A stretch of 64,000 nt of DNA from Patescibacteria group bacterium (GCA_040389185.1 JAZKAJ010000019.1:15523-79522); one strand, 5' to 3'. Numbered from the stretch's first letter, positions 51,165 to 60,749 are shown. The notes: generated by a model not told the origin, from the letters alone. Numbers and translations: made by a program.

Positions 51165-52160
51165 TTATTTTCTACTAATTACTTTTATTACAGCTTTTTC
51201 TATAAATTTCTCTGTCATCTCATAGTGCTCTAAAAGTTGTTCGGGAGTCCCTGACTGGCCAAATAGATTCTTCACACCCACAAATTCAATCGGTACAATA
51301 TAATTCTGTGCGAGACACTCTGCCACGGCTGATCCCATTCCACCAGCGATCTGATGCTCTTCAACAGTGACGACAGCTCCGGCTCTATGCGCCACTTCTA
51401 CAATAGTCTGCACATCAAACGGTTTAATCGTTGCAAGATTAACCACAATTGATCCAACATCCTTCTTCTCCAATTCTGAAGCGACAGCAAGAGCCTTGTG
51501 TACGAGCGCACCTGTCGCAATAATCGCAACTTTTGGTTTCACACTTTCAAAAAATATTTGAGCTTTACCTACTATAAATGGCGTATCCGAAGTTGTGATG
51601 ATCGGAGTCTTTTCTCGTGCAAGTCTCAAATACACAGGAGTTTTAATATCGTCTTTAAGTATTGCTTGCGTTGCTTTTTTGGCTTCAATCGCATCACAGG
51701 GAGATATGACTGTCATGTTTGGAATTACACGTGTGATGGCAATATCTTCAATCGCTTGATGTGTTCCACCATCAGGTCCAACAGAGACTCCGGCATGCGA
51801 ACCTGCAATAATAACCTTCCGGTTGTTGTAACAAATAGTGGTACGGATCTGCTCCCAATTTCTTCCTGGAGAAAACATTGCATATGAAGAGATTACAGGC
51901 ACCTTGCCCATTGCAGCCATTCCAGACGCAACAGATGCAAGGTTTTGTTCTGCAACTCCAATCTCCACAAATCGATTCGGGAATTTATTTTTGAAATCAA
52001 GCATCTTTGTAGATTCTGTAAGATCTGCACAAAGAGCAACGATTCGTTCATCTTTTTCTGCAGACAATACCAATCCTTCTCCAAAACCATTTCTAATTGG
52101 AGTCTGTTCAACATCTTTGTCGAAAATTTTACTATTTAGTTTTTGATTTGGATTTAACAT
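51165..52160 (-). CDS. transketolase, C-terminal subunit (pyrimidine-binding and C-terminal domains)
   Basis: Split-transketolase architecture; 331 aa. Confidence 0.8.
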   Translation of the reverse strand: MLNPNQKLNSKIFDKDVEQTPIRNGFGEGLVLSAEKDERIVALCADLTESTKMLDFKNKFPNRFVEIGVAEQNLASVASGMAAMGKVPVISSYAMFSPGRNWEQIRTTICYNNRKVIIAGSHAGVSVGPDGGTHQAIEDIAITRVIPNMTVISPCDAIEAKKATQAILKDDIKTPVYLRLAREKTPIITTSDTPFIVGKAQIFFESVKPKVAIIATGALVHKALAVASELEKKDVGSIVVNLATIKPFDVQTIVEVAHRAGAVVTVEEHQIAGGMGSAVAECLAQNYIVPIEFVGVKNLFGQSGTPEQLLEHYEMTEKFIEKAVIKVISRK

Positions 52161-52179
52161 TTAATAAATTATATCACAG

Positions 52180-52560
52180 CTACTTATTCTTCTCTCGGTA
52201 TTCCTTTTTTATTTTCCAATAAAGTTCTGTTCCGGGGGTTGCTCCGCTTTCTTTAAAAAGTTTTGCGGGATATTTTTTATTTACTTTTTTAAGCTTTTCT
52301 TTTGTTGCCTTCTCAAGATCAAATCCAAGCCTATCCGCTATATCTAGGCAATAGATGAATACATCAGCAACTTCTGATTGGATTTCTAAGAATTTACCTT
52401 TGTCCATTCTCACTTCCTCAGGCGTTGGACTGCCCCACTGAAAATGTTCAAGAAGCTCAGATGCTTCAATAGATAAAGCTTTTGCCAAATCGGCTGGAGG
52501 TAATTTGTCCCACCCTCTTGCTTTGAGATATGTATGAATTGTATTCTGAAGCTTAAACAT
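52180..52560 (-). CDS. MazG-like nucleotide pyrophosphohydrolase
   Basis: EASELLEHF...EVADVFIYCLDIADRLGFDLE EExxE/D motif set. Confidence 0.7.
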   Translation of the reverse strand: MFKLQNTIHTYLKARGWDKLPPADLAKALSIEASELLEHFQWGSPTPEEVRMDKGKFLEIQSEVADVFIYCLDIADRLGFDLEKATKEKLKKVNKKYPAKLFKESGATPGTELYWKIKKEYREKNK

Positions 52561-52570
52561 TTCCTTATAT

Positions 52571-53179
52571 TTATCGATTCTTATTTGTCCAAATTGAATT
52601 CCACCAATCAGACGGATTCATATCAAATATTGTCTTGCCTAATTTTTTTGCTGATTCAGTCTTTAGATATTGTATTTGAGCACATCCTTTCTTTTTATCC
52701 TTCCCTTTGCCTTCGAGCCATATTTTTGCCTCTTTGTTGCCTTGCCAATCGTATTCTTTGAGAAGGAGCACCTGATCAAGCATATCAGCATCTTTTGCAA
52801 TGACAGATTCCTTCGAATCTCTCTTTTCATATTCTTTGACCAAGTCACTGAAGTCAGAGATCGGCAGATTATCGAGCTGATCCTTTCTGATCTCTTCATC
52901 ATAGATCTTTACATATCGCTTGTGCACCCAGTTATGATCACCACTGCGCACTTCTGCTATGTCGTGCAAAAGACACATCATCACCACTTTCATCGGATCA
53001 ACACCTTCTTCTTTGGCAAGAAAATATCCAATCATCGCCACACGATACGAGTGAGTTGCAATGTTATCTGTCATATCATCAGAAAGAAGCGTCTGCCTGT
53101 GCATTCGAGGAAGCTTTCGCATAGTTCCTACTTCGTAGAGAAATTCGGCTATCTTTTTGTTTGTATTATCTTTTTTCAT
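52571..53179 (-). CDS. HD-domain phosphohydrolase (YfbR-like 5'-deoxynucleotidase family)
   Basis: H...HD...E (LLHDIAEVRSGD) motifs. The start was moved to an internal Met to avoid overlap with the upstream Nudix gene. Confidence 0.65.
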   Translation of the reverse strand: MKKDNTNKKIAEFLYEVGTMRKLPRMHRQTLLSDDMTDNIATHSYRVAMIGYFLAKEEGVDPMKVVMMCLLHDIAEVRSGDHNWVHKRYVKIYDEEIRKDQLDNLPISDFSDLVKEYEKRDSKESVIAKDADMLDQVLLLKEYDWQGNKEAKIWLEGKGKDKKKGCAQIQYLKTESAKKLGKTIFDMNPSDWWNSIWTNKNR

Positions 53180-53190
53180 AAAAATCAAAA

Positions 53191-53655
53191 CTATTCTGAT
53201 AATTCTTTCAAGGCTTCTATTGCATAAAATTTTACATTGGGCACTAAGTCCATCTTTTCTAGATCTTCGAGCGTTGCCCAGACACAATCATCACTCCGGT
53301 CGCCTTCATATTGTGCATTAATTGTATCACTTTTTGACCTTGCAAAATAAACGAGCGGGATGTGCTCGTGAGTTGGACTTATTCTATTTCTGCCCATATA
53401 TCTTGGACCAATAAGCTCATGATAGAGTGGATCGTTTGTTTGATATTCTCCTTTGTTTCCTACAAGCTCAATTTCGAGCCCAACCTCTTCTCGTACCTCA
53501 CGGATTGCTGCCTGATTTGGGTCTTCGTCAAGTTCAATATGTCCCCCAACAGAAAGCCAAATACCAAGCTTGTCATGTTTCCGTAAAAGCACTTTGTTTT
53601 TGTGAACAATGAATGTCTCTACTGTAAAATCGATTTTCTCGTGAATATGAGGCAT
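53191..53655 (-). CDS. Nudix hydrolase
   Basis: GGHIELDEDPNQAAIREVREEVGL. Confidence 0.8.
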   Translation of the reverse strand: MPHIHEKIDFTVETFIVHKNKVLLRKHDKLGIWLSVGGHIELDEDPNQAAIREVREEVGLEIELVGNKGEYQTNDPLYHELIGPRYMGRNRISPTHEHIPLVYFARSKSDTINAQYEGDRSDDCVWATLEDLEKMDLVPNVKFYAIEALKELSE

Positions 53656-53690
53656 AGAGGTAGAATTTTTAATTTTATAATTTTAAATTT

Positions 53691-54059
53691 TTAAGAATTA
53701 AGGATAATTTCGTCTTCTGGTTTCCAGGCTGGATCTACAATACAAATAAATTCCAAATCTATATTATCAATATTTTTAATTTTTTGTTCTGCAAATGGTG
53801 GAATATAAATGATATCACCCTCTGAAACTTCTTTTTCCTCACCATCAATATACATCAGACCCTTTCCTTTCAAAATATAATAAACTTCAGAAGTTTTTAA
53901 TTTATGCGCCAATGAAATATTCCCCGGAGCAATCGTTGCGTGAGCAAAACTATATCTCAGATCTAACTCTTTATCTTTTAGTGGATTAAAAAGCTCTCGA
54001 AGCTTAGTACCATCTCCAGCAACAAATTCACTACAATTTTTAAGAGATCTTATAAACAT
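53691..54059 (-). CDS. cupin-domain protein
   Basis: G...Y.DGEEKEVSEGDIIYIP two-motif cupin pattern. Confidence 0.6.
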   Translation of the reverse strand: MFIRSLKNCSEFVAGDGTKLRELFNPLKDKELDLRYSFAHATIAPGNISLAHKLKTSEVYYILKGKGLMYIDGEEKEVSEGDIIYIPPFAEQKIKNIDNIDLEFICIVDPAWKPEDEIILNS

Positions 54060-54061
54060 AC

Positions 54062-54928
54062 TTATTCGTGTTCGGCCCTAATCTTTCCTCCAAGCGTTCG
54101 AAGTTCTTTGAGAGCCATAATTCCCTCTTCTTTGTTATGTATATATCCATGGAATTCATATTTGCCTTCAAATTCCTTCACACCTTTTCCTGGAACAGTC
54201 TTTGCAATAATTGCAGATGGTTTATCTGTTACTGTGTAGGCTTTTTCTATTGCATCTACAATTTCTTTTATATTATTTCCATCGATCGTTTGCACATTAA
54301 ATCCAAACGATTCGATTCGCATATCAAGTGGTGAGAGCGGCATGATATCATCTGTAAATCCATCAATCTGAATATTATTTCTATCAGTGATTACAATAAG
54401 ATTGTGTAGTTTTTCTTTGCCCGCAAGCATCATAGCCTCCCAGTTTTGCCCTTCATCGAGTTCTCCATCTCCCGTGAGACAGAAGAATTTCTTTGTTGAT
54501 GTCTTGTTATCAATCCTCTCTGCAATAGCCATTCCTACAGCCTGTGAGAGCCCACTACCAAGTGGTCCCGAGCTATTCTCGAGTATTGGCAAGAACTCAC
54601 GATGTGGATGTCCCTGGAGTCTTGAGCCGAACTTCCGTAGAGTCTTTAGTTCTTCAAGTGGAAAATATCCGGAATGAGCAAGTGCCGCATAATACACTGG
54701 ACAAATATGCCCGTTTGAGAGAATTAGTCGATCACGATCATCCCACTCTGGATTCTTTGGATCATGCTTCAGTATGTGAAAAAAGAGAGTTGAGAAAACA
54801 TCTGACATACCAAGTGGTCCCGCAGTATGACCCGATCCTGCAGAGAGAAGCATTTCGATAATAGACTCGCGAATATTATTCGCTTTTGCTTTCAGGAACT
54901 CTAATTTTTCTTCAGTCAATTTTTCCAT
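54062..54928 (-). CDS. transketolase, N-terminal subunit (TPP-binding)
   Basis: GHTAGPLGMSDV, GDGELDEGQNWEAMMLA motifs; 288 aa. Confidence 0.85.
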   Translation of the reverse strand: MEKLTEEKLEFLKAKANNIRESIIEMLLSAGSGHTAGPLGMSDVFSTLFFHILKHDPKNPEWDDRDRLILSNGHICPVYYAALAHSGYFPLEELKTLRKFGSRLQGHPHREFLPILENSSGPLGSGLSQAVGMAIAERIDNKTSTKKFFCLTGDGELDEGQNWEAMMLAGKEKLHNLIVITDRNNIQIDGFTDDIMPLSPLDMRIESFGFNVQTIDGNNIKEIVDAIEKAYTVTDKPSAIIAKTVPGKGVKEFEGKYEFHGYIHNKEEGIMALKELRTLGGKIRAEHE

Positions 54929-54970
54929 TTATTTTTGTATTTTACTTTTGACTTGCGACTTTTCACTATT

Positions 54971-55660
54971 TTAAATCGAATCCTTTACCTCTCGTATTGC
55001 GTCAACCGGGCTCACACTATTTAATATATATGAACCCACAACAAATCTAGTTGCCCCAGCATCATAAGCATCACCTACACTTTCTGGAGTTACTCCACCA
55101 TCAATAGCTATTGGCATCGTAGGAAGCTCGGTTTTGAGCCACTTTATTTTTGCGAGGACTCTTTCATCAAATTTTTGTCCTTGGAATCCAAGGTGTTCTA
55201 TCGCAACAAACATAATAAAGTCTGCGTATGGAAGCAATTCCTGAACTCTTTCAACACCCGTTTGAAGCTTAAATGCAATTCCTACTTGGACCAATCCTTC
55301 TGTTCGAAGCTGATCAAGAAGCAGTCTGTCTTCATCAAGATCGATTGTTTCTGCATGAATGATGATTTTGCTTGCACCAAGCTTAATAATATCCGGAATA
55401 AGAGCAAATGGGTTTTTAACCATCAAGTGAAATTCAAAATCAAAATCCTCCCAGAAAGGCATTCCTCTTTCTTCATTCAATATCTCCTCATAATTAAGGT
55501 CGGGTTTGCCGAGTGGCCATGTAGCCTCTTGAGTAAAAAGACCATCGCAAATATCGATATGTACTGTGTCAGATACACCTTTAATAATCTCGAGTTTGGT
55601 CTCAAGGTCTTTGAAGTATTTTGGGATTATAGCTGGAATAATTTCAATTGATTCGTCCAT
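54971..55660 (-). CDS. rpe: ribulose-phosphate 3-epimerase family
   Basis: HIDICDG, HLMV, HAE, IDGG pattern; 229 aa. Confidence 0.6.
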   Translation of the reverse strand: MDESIEIIPAIIPKYFKDLETKLEIIKGVSDTVHIDICDGLFTQEATWPLGKPDLNYEEILNEERGMPFWEDFDFEFHLMVKNPFALIPDIIKLGASKIIIHAETIDLDEDRLLLDQLRTEGLVQVGIAFKLQTGVERVQELLPYADFIMFVAIEHLGFQGQKFDERVLAKIKWLKTELPTMPIAIDGGVTPESVGDAYDAGATRFVVGSYILNSVSPVDAIREVKDSI

Positions 55661-55668
55661 GTATTTTC

Positions 55669-56118
55669 TTAATTATTTAAATTTTCTATTTTATCTATTC
55701 GTCTCTGATGTCGTTCGTCTCCAGAGAATGGAGTGTCTATCCAGAGCTTGAGAGCTTGTTTTGCCTCATCAATACTCACAAATCGAGCACCAAGAGACAG
55801 TACATTAGCATCATTATGCTCTCGTGACAATTTTACAATGTCCATGTTTCCTCCATACCAAAGTGCCGCACGCACATTCGGAAATCTGTTAGCCACAATT
55901 GCCTCTCCTTGTCCTGAGCCCCCGATCACAACTCCTTTTGCACTCGGGTCCTGACTAACCTCGCGCGCAGCAAGTGAGATAAAGTCTGGATAGTCATCAA
56001 GCGCTTCAAATGTAGTGTTACCTTTATCTATTGCGTCAAATCCGAGTGTTTTTACATATTCAACAAGCGCGTTTTTGAATTCAAAGCCTGCATGATCACT
56101 TGCGAAAAAAATTTTCAT
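55669..56118 (-). CDS. rpiB: ribose-5-phosphate isomerase B
   Basis: MKIFFASDHAGFEFKN N-terminus; 149 aa. Confidence 0.8.
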   Translation of the reverse strand: MKIFFASDHAGFEFKNALVEYVKTLGFDAIDKGNTTFEALDDYPDFISLAAREVSQDPSAKGVVIGGSGQGEAIVANRFPNVRAALWYGGNMDIVKLSREHNDANVLSLGARFVSIDEAKQALKLWIDTPFSGDERHQRRIDKIENLNN

Positions 56119-56130
56119 AATAAGTAATTA

Positions 56131-57195
56131 TTATACGTAACGCGGAGTTTCTGGACCGCTATCTTTGACTGGAGTTTGCCCTGCTTTTAACACATGGAGA
56201 ATAAGTGAGTGTGTATACCCAATCTCATTGTCATACCACGCGCACACCTTAACCAGGTTATCATCCACCACTCGAGTAAGACCGAGGTCCGCAATAGATG
56301 CATATACTGACCCTACAATATCTGAAGAGACAAGCTCATCTTTTGTTATAGCAAACGTTTCTTTCCATCTCGCTTCGTTTGCGGCAGTTGTAAGAATCTG
56401 ATTTATTTCTTCTACAGTAGTTTTTCTTTTTGTGAGAATTGTTATATCTGCAATTGATCCTGCGACAACAGGTACACGCATTGAGATACCATCAAACTTC
56501 CCAATAAGCTGAGGTAATGCTTTCGCTACAGCGAGAGCTGCACCTGTTGATGTTGGCACAATATTTTGTGCCGCTGCGCGACCTTCTTTCCAATCCTTTG
56601 GTTTTGGACCATCAACAAGTGACTGACTTGCAGTATATGCATGAACAGTTGAGAGAATTGCTTTTTCAATACCGATTGCTTCATCAATAATTGCCATCAC
56701 AGGACTTGATGCATTTGTAGTACAAGAGGCATTTGACGTAATAGGAGAATCTCCAAACTGATTTTCGTTGATACCCATAAGAATTGTTGGAACCTTTGGA
56801 CTTCCCGCTTCATCTTTTGCAGGAGCTGAGATCACCACACGTTTTGCTCCAGCTGTAATATGACCCGAAGCTTTTGTGTAGCTTGTGAAAAATCCGGTTG
56901 ATTCAACAACCACATCAATTCCAAGGTCTTTCCAAGGCAAGCTTGCAGGATCTTTTTCACTGAAATACTGTACTTTTTTACCAGCAATCGTCAGCGACTT
57001 TTTGTCAGCCGCAACTTCAATAGCAAAACCACTTTTTCCATACGCACTATCAAACTTCATTAAGTAGGCAATGTTATCGATATCACCCAAGTCATTGAGT
57101 GCCACAACTTCAATATCAGGCACCCCAAGGGCTACTTTATAAAAAGCTCTTCCAATTCTACCTGCGCCATTAATGGCAACTTTTATTTTATTCAT
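56131..57195 (-). CDS. gap: glyceraldehyde-3-phosphate dehydrogenase
   Basis: INGAGRIGR, SNASCTTN active-site region. Confidence 0.85.
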   Translation of the reverse strand: MNKIKVAINGAGRIGRAFYKVALGVPDIEVVALNDLGDIDNIAYLMKFDSAYGKSGFAIEVAADKKSLTIAGKKVQYFSEKDPASLPWKDLGIDVVVESTGFFTSYTKASGHITAGAKRVVISAPAKDEAGSPKVPTILMGINENQFGDSPITSNASCTTNASSPVMAIIDEAIGIEKAILSTVHAYTASQSLVDGPKPKDWKEGRAAAQNIVPTSTGAALAVAKALPQLIGKFDGISMRVPVVAGSIADITILTKRKTTVEEINQILTTAANEARWKETFAITKDELVSSDIVGSVYASIADLGLTRVVDDNLVKVCAWYDNEIGYTHSLILHVLKAGQTPVKDSGPETPRYV

Positions 57196-57384
57196 CCTGT
57201 TCTAAATAGGAGAGGCTTTAGCAATCCCAATATTTTATTTAATAAATTGATAATGGTTATTTTCTAGCTTATACTGCACTAAAACTAAGCGCTTCCGAAA
57301 TATTTAGGATTTAAACTGTTTATCAATCCTATAGTCACACATTTAATAATGTAACTTCGGACAACTGTGGGATTTCGAACGGGA
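57195..57384. mobile_element. MITE-like element C (degenerate left terminus tcctgttctaaat, perfect right terminus atttcgaacggga); about 90% similar to element D
   Basis: Aligned by eye to 62455-62643. Its left end abuts the gap start codon. Confidence 0.55.
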
Positions 57385-57440
57385 GACGCTCCAATAATTA
57401 TACCTTAAAATACTTTGGGCACAAATATTTTGAGGAGAAT

Positions 57441-58919
57441 TTATGCAAGAATACTTAACATTATTTCCTTGAAAAGTTGAGGGTTTCCAGAACCTTTACT
57501 TTCTTTCATACAAAGACCAACAAGAGAGTTCAAAACCGCCACTTTCCCAGCTCGATATTCAGCAACAATAGCATGATTATCGCTCATAACTTTTTCTACA
57601 ATTATTTTGAGTGCTTCGGGATCATTCTTTTGAATAAGCCCCCTTTCGTCAGCAATTTTTTCTGGATCTCCACCTTCTTTAAAGAGTATTGCAAGAATGT
57701 CTTTTGCTCCACGACTTGAGAGTTTCCCATCGCGAACCATGAGCATCATTTTTCCAAATGCGCTTGGAAATACTTGCCCTGGTTCTGCAATATTATTATT
57801 TTTCATCAGTCCCGCAAGGTCAGAAACGATATAGTTTGAAGCGAGCTTCACACATTCTTTATCATCACAAAAATTCTCTATAGTCTGTTCGAAGAAATCA
57901 GAAAGAGGTTTGTTATCAACATAAAACTCAATGTCTTCCGCTTTGATACCATACTCCTTTTCGTATCTTTCTCTTTTTCCACTTGGCAGTTCCGCCATTT
58001 CTTTTCGAAGTTCAATTTCGGCAAATTCTGGAATCTCTGAAATATAGAGCTTTGGAATATCTGGCTCTGGAAAATATCGGTAGTCATGAGAATCCTCTTT
58101 CTTCCGCTGTGAAAAAGTCTTGCCCGTACTTTCATCGAACCCCCGAGTTTCTTGTGCGATAGTTTCACCATTTTCAAGGACTCCAATATGTCGCTCGATT
58201 TCATAGACACATGCTCGCTCCACAGATCTGAATGAGTTTAGGTTTTTGACCTCAACCTTTGTTCCGAGTTTGTTTGGGTCTTTTGATACAGAAATATTCG
58301 CCTCTACTCGCATCTCACCTTTTTCCATGTTTGCATCCGATGCGCCGAGATATTGAAGGATAAGCTGGAATTCTTTTGCAAAAACACTCGCCTCTGCTCC
58401 TGAATGCATGACAGGTTCAGTCACAAGTTCCATAAGAGGAAGTGACGACCGATTGTAATCCACAAGTGAATAATCACCAGTGTCATGTGATGATTTTGCA
58501 GTGTCTTCTTCAAGATGGATTCGAGTGAGCAAAATATCACGTGTGACATCAACTCCATTTTCTTTTATTTTTACTTTGATTTTTCCTCCAGAAACGAATG
58601 GATATTTGTACTGACTGATCTGGTATCCTTTTGGAATGTCTGGATAGAAATAGTTCTTTCGGTCAAATTCTGAGAAGTCTGCGAGAGTCCCCTCTACTGC
58701 AAGACCAACTTTGAGCGTGTGCTTTACCGCCTCTTTGTTTGGTACTGGAAGCGTACCTGGATGACCCATACAGATAGGACATATATTCACATTAGGATTT
58801 TTCTCCTCCGGATCGTTCTTACAAGGACAAAACATCTTACTCTTTGTTTTGAGCTCTGCATGTATCTCTAATCCTATAGTTGGTATGTATTCGTTCATAT
58901 TTTTATATTCCTTACCCAC
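57441..58919 (-). CDS. gatB: Asp-tRNA(Asn)/Glu-tRNA(Gln) amidotransferase subunit B
   Basis: GLEIHAELKTKSKMFC, HPGTLP motifs; 492 aa. Confidence 0.9.
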   Translation of the reverse strand: MGKEYKNMNEYIPTIGLEIHAELKTKSKMFCPCKNDPEEKNPNVNICPICMGHPGTLPVPNKEAVKHTLKVGLAVEGTLADFSEFDRKNYFYPDIPKGYQISQYKYPFVSGGKIKVKIKENGVDVTRDILLTRIHLEEDTAKSSHDTGDYSLVDYNRSSLPLMELVTEPVMHSGAEASVFAKEFQLILQYLGASDANMEKGEMRVEANISVSKDPNKLGTKVEVKNLNSFRSVERACVYEIERHIGVLENGETIAQETRGFDESTGKTFSQRKKEDSHDYRYFPEPDIPKLYISEIPEFAEIELRKEMAELPSGKRERYEKEYGIKAEDIEFYVDNKPLSDFFEQTIENFCDDKECVKLASNYIVSDLAGLMKNNNIAEPGQVFPSAFGKMMLMVRDGKLSSRGAKDILAILFKEGGDPEKIADERGLIQKNDPEALKIIVEKVMSDNHAIVAEYRAGKVAVLNSLVGLCMKESKGSGNPQLFKEIMLSILA

Positions 58920-58953
58920 TTGAAATTTGTAGTGTAGTCAAATTTCACTTGAG

Positions 58954-58984
58954 TTGCATAATTGTGCAAATATAGTAGCATAAA
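58954..58984 (+). promoter_or_regulatory. promoter-like motif gttgcataattgtgcaaatatagtagcataaa (copy 1)
   Basis: Near-identical 31-nt motif recurs at 59282-59312. Each copy is about 35 nt upstream of a small plus-strand ORF. Confidence 0.4.
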
Positions 58985-59018
58985 TTTTGAAGCTACGAAA
59001 CCTTGCACCTTACGTGAT

Positions 59019-59189
59019 ATGCCTACACTTTACATACCAGCACTTGGACCAATCTTCCCTCAACAATTCCACGGTCGTGAATTACATCCAGACACCTGCT
59101 TCTTTCAAATCCCCCCACTTCATCCAAAAGCTTTAGAATGGGCACGCATTTTTGTGGAAAACCGGGCACCAAAAAATGCTGAAGAGTAG
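59019..59189 (+). CDS. hypothetical small Pro/Phe-rich protein (56 aa from ATG; the ORF track starts at a TTG at 58962)
   Basis: ORF bracketed by the promoter-like motif and a terminator. Confidence 0.3.
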   Translation: MPTLYIPALGPIFPQQFHGRELHPDTCFFQIPPLHPKALEWARIFVENRAPKNAEE

Positions 59190-59201
59190 TCGAATCAGCA
59201 T

Positions 59202-59236
59202 CCCACACGTTGCTCATAAGCTAGTGTGGTTTTTTA
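59202..59236 (+). terminator. hairpin ccacac..gtgtgg plus T6
   Basis: Read directly. Confidence 0.55.
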
Positions 59237-59281
59237 TTTCAACTAATTCCTAAAAATATCTAATATGGAAAACTGTTCCGG

Positions 59282-59312
59282 TTGCATATTTATACAAATG
59301 TAGTAGCATAAA
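59282..59312 (+). promoter_or_regulatory. promoter-like motif gttgcatatttatacaaatgtagtagcataaa (copy 2)
   Basis: See 58954-58984. Confidence 0.4.
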
Positions 59313-59348
59313 AATGAACCTAAACAAAAACACTTTACCCCTGTTCTT

Positions 59349-59564
59349 ATGACCCCCTGTGACTACCATGGCTGCGAAAGTGAAGGAACTCATACCATTC
59401 TTTGTATGGGAAGTTACTGCGAGACTCACTTCGACTTAATCAAACGGCGAGAAAACGATCATGATGATGACGACGATGACAATGACGATGATTTCGAAGA
59501 TTCCGAAGAAGACAATGATGATGAGGAAGATGAGGAGGGCGAGGATGATGATGAAGGAAAATAA
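59349..59564 (+). CDS. small Cys/His zinc-binding protein with a poly-acidic (D/E) tail
   Basis: CDYHGCE...CMGSYCETH followed by about 40 residues of D/E. Confidence 0.5.
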   Translation: MTPCDYHGCESEGTHTILCMGSYCETHFDLIKRRENDHDDDDDDNDDDFEDSEEDNDDEEDEEGEDDDEGK

Positions 59565-59585
59565 TCCCATATCATACTCTTATCA

Positions 59586-59626
59586 CACACCGCACACCTC
59601 TTTATGGTTAAGTGCGGTTTTTTATT
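59586..59626 (+). terminator. hairpin accgcac..gtgcggt plus T7
   Basis: Read directly. Confidence 0.65.
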
Positions 59627-59630
59627 TCTT

Positions 59631-59673
59631 GTCCAGCACTAAATAAATTCTTGAAATTTATTTAGTGCTGGAC
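59631..59673. terminator. perfect palindrome gtccagcactaaataaat tcttgaa atttatttagtgctggac overlapping the obg stop codon
   Basis: 18-bp stem. Confidence 0.6.
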
Positions 59674-60653
59674 TTGTTGAAAGTCGAGGTAAGATAGCTT
59701 GAAAGGTGTTTCAATGCTTCTGTGTCATAAACAGACACTGTCATTACTTTTTTACCAGCCCAAATGCCTTTTCCTTTTATAAGTTTTTCATATTTTGCCG
59801 AAAGCTCCTCAGGAGTAAGTAGGTCTGATTTTGTAATGAGAATTATTTCTTCTTTTTCAGTCAGCGTTTTATCTGATTCTCCCAATTCTTTTCTGATTGT
59901 TTGATATACTTCTTTGAAATCTTCATTCTCAGCAGAAATACAATGAAGGATCGCTCGAGTTCTCTTAATATGTCGAAGAAATTTGTATCCAAGTCCTCGT
60001 CCTTCTGATGCACCTTCAATAAGTCCTGGAATGTCTGCGAGTATCACACCGAAGAGGTCCCCAAGATTTGGCTCGATAGTCGTAAAGGCATAAGCACCCA
60101 CTTTTGCATGCGCTCGAGTAAGTGCGTTCAATAGTGATGATTTACCTGCATTTGGAAGCCCTACAAGACCTATGTCAGCAACGATCTGAAGTTCAATGTA
60201 GAATTCTGCTTCTTCACCAATTGCACCTGGGGTGAATTCTTCAGGAGAACGATTGATTGAACTTTTGAAAAACTCATTTCCCACCCCACCTCGTCCACCC
60301 TTCAAAATCATTTTTGTTTCTTCACGGTTTACAAGAGAAAATACTTCTCCGGTGTCGAGATTTTTGACCACAGTTCCAACCGGAAGTTCAATATAGAGAT
60401 CGATACCATCCTTTCCATGCATACTGTTTTTTGCTCCCGGTTCACCATTTTCTGCCCAGAATTTCTTCTTTGTTTTGTATCTCTGAAGAATCGAAAGGTC
60501 ACTCACCGCTTTGATGAATACATCGCCACCTCGCCCTCCGTTACCTCCTGATGGACCAGAAAACTCTTTTCCTTTCTCATGTCTCCATCTGACGACTCCG
60601 TCGCCTCCTTTACCCGCTTTCGCACTAACTGTTAGTTCGTCGATGAATGACAT
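59658..60653 (-). CDS. obg: GTPase Obg
   Basis: Gly-rich Obg fold (GKGGDGVV..GGNGGRGGDV), then the G-domain (GLPNAGKSSL). Confidence 0.9.
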   Translation of the reverse strand: MSFIDELTVSAKAGKGGDGVVRWRHEKGKEFSGPSGGNGGRGGDVFIKAVSDLSILQRYKTKKKFWAENGEPGAKNSMHGKDGIDLYIELPVGTVVKNLDTGEVFSLVNREETKMILKGGRGGVGNEFFKSSINRSPEEFTPGAIGEEAEFYIELQIVADIGLVGLPNAGKSSLLNALTRAHAKVGAYAFTTIEPNLGDLFGVILADIPGLIEGASEGRGLGYKFLRHIKRTRAILHCISAENEDFKEVYQTIRKELGESDKTLTEKEEIILITKSDLLTPEELSAKYEKLIKGKGIWAGKKVMTVSVYDTEALKHLSSYLTSTFNKSSTK

Positions 60654-60749
60654 ATGTTTAAGTTATGAGTTAATAGTTTAAATACTGTTGTAGTATAACA
60701 CAAAAGTTGCTTGGGACCTACGGTACCAAGCAACTTTTGTGAATCTATT

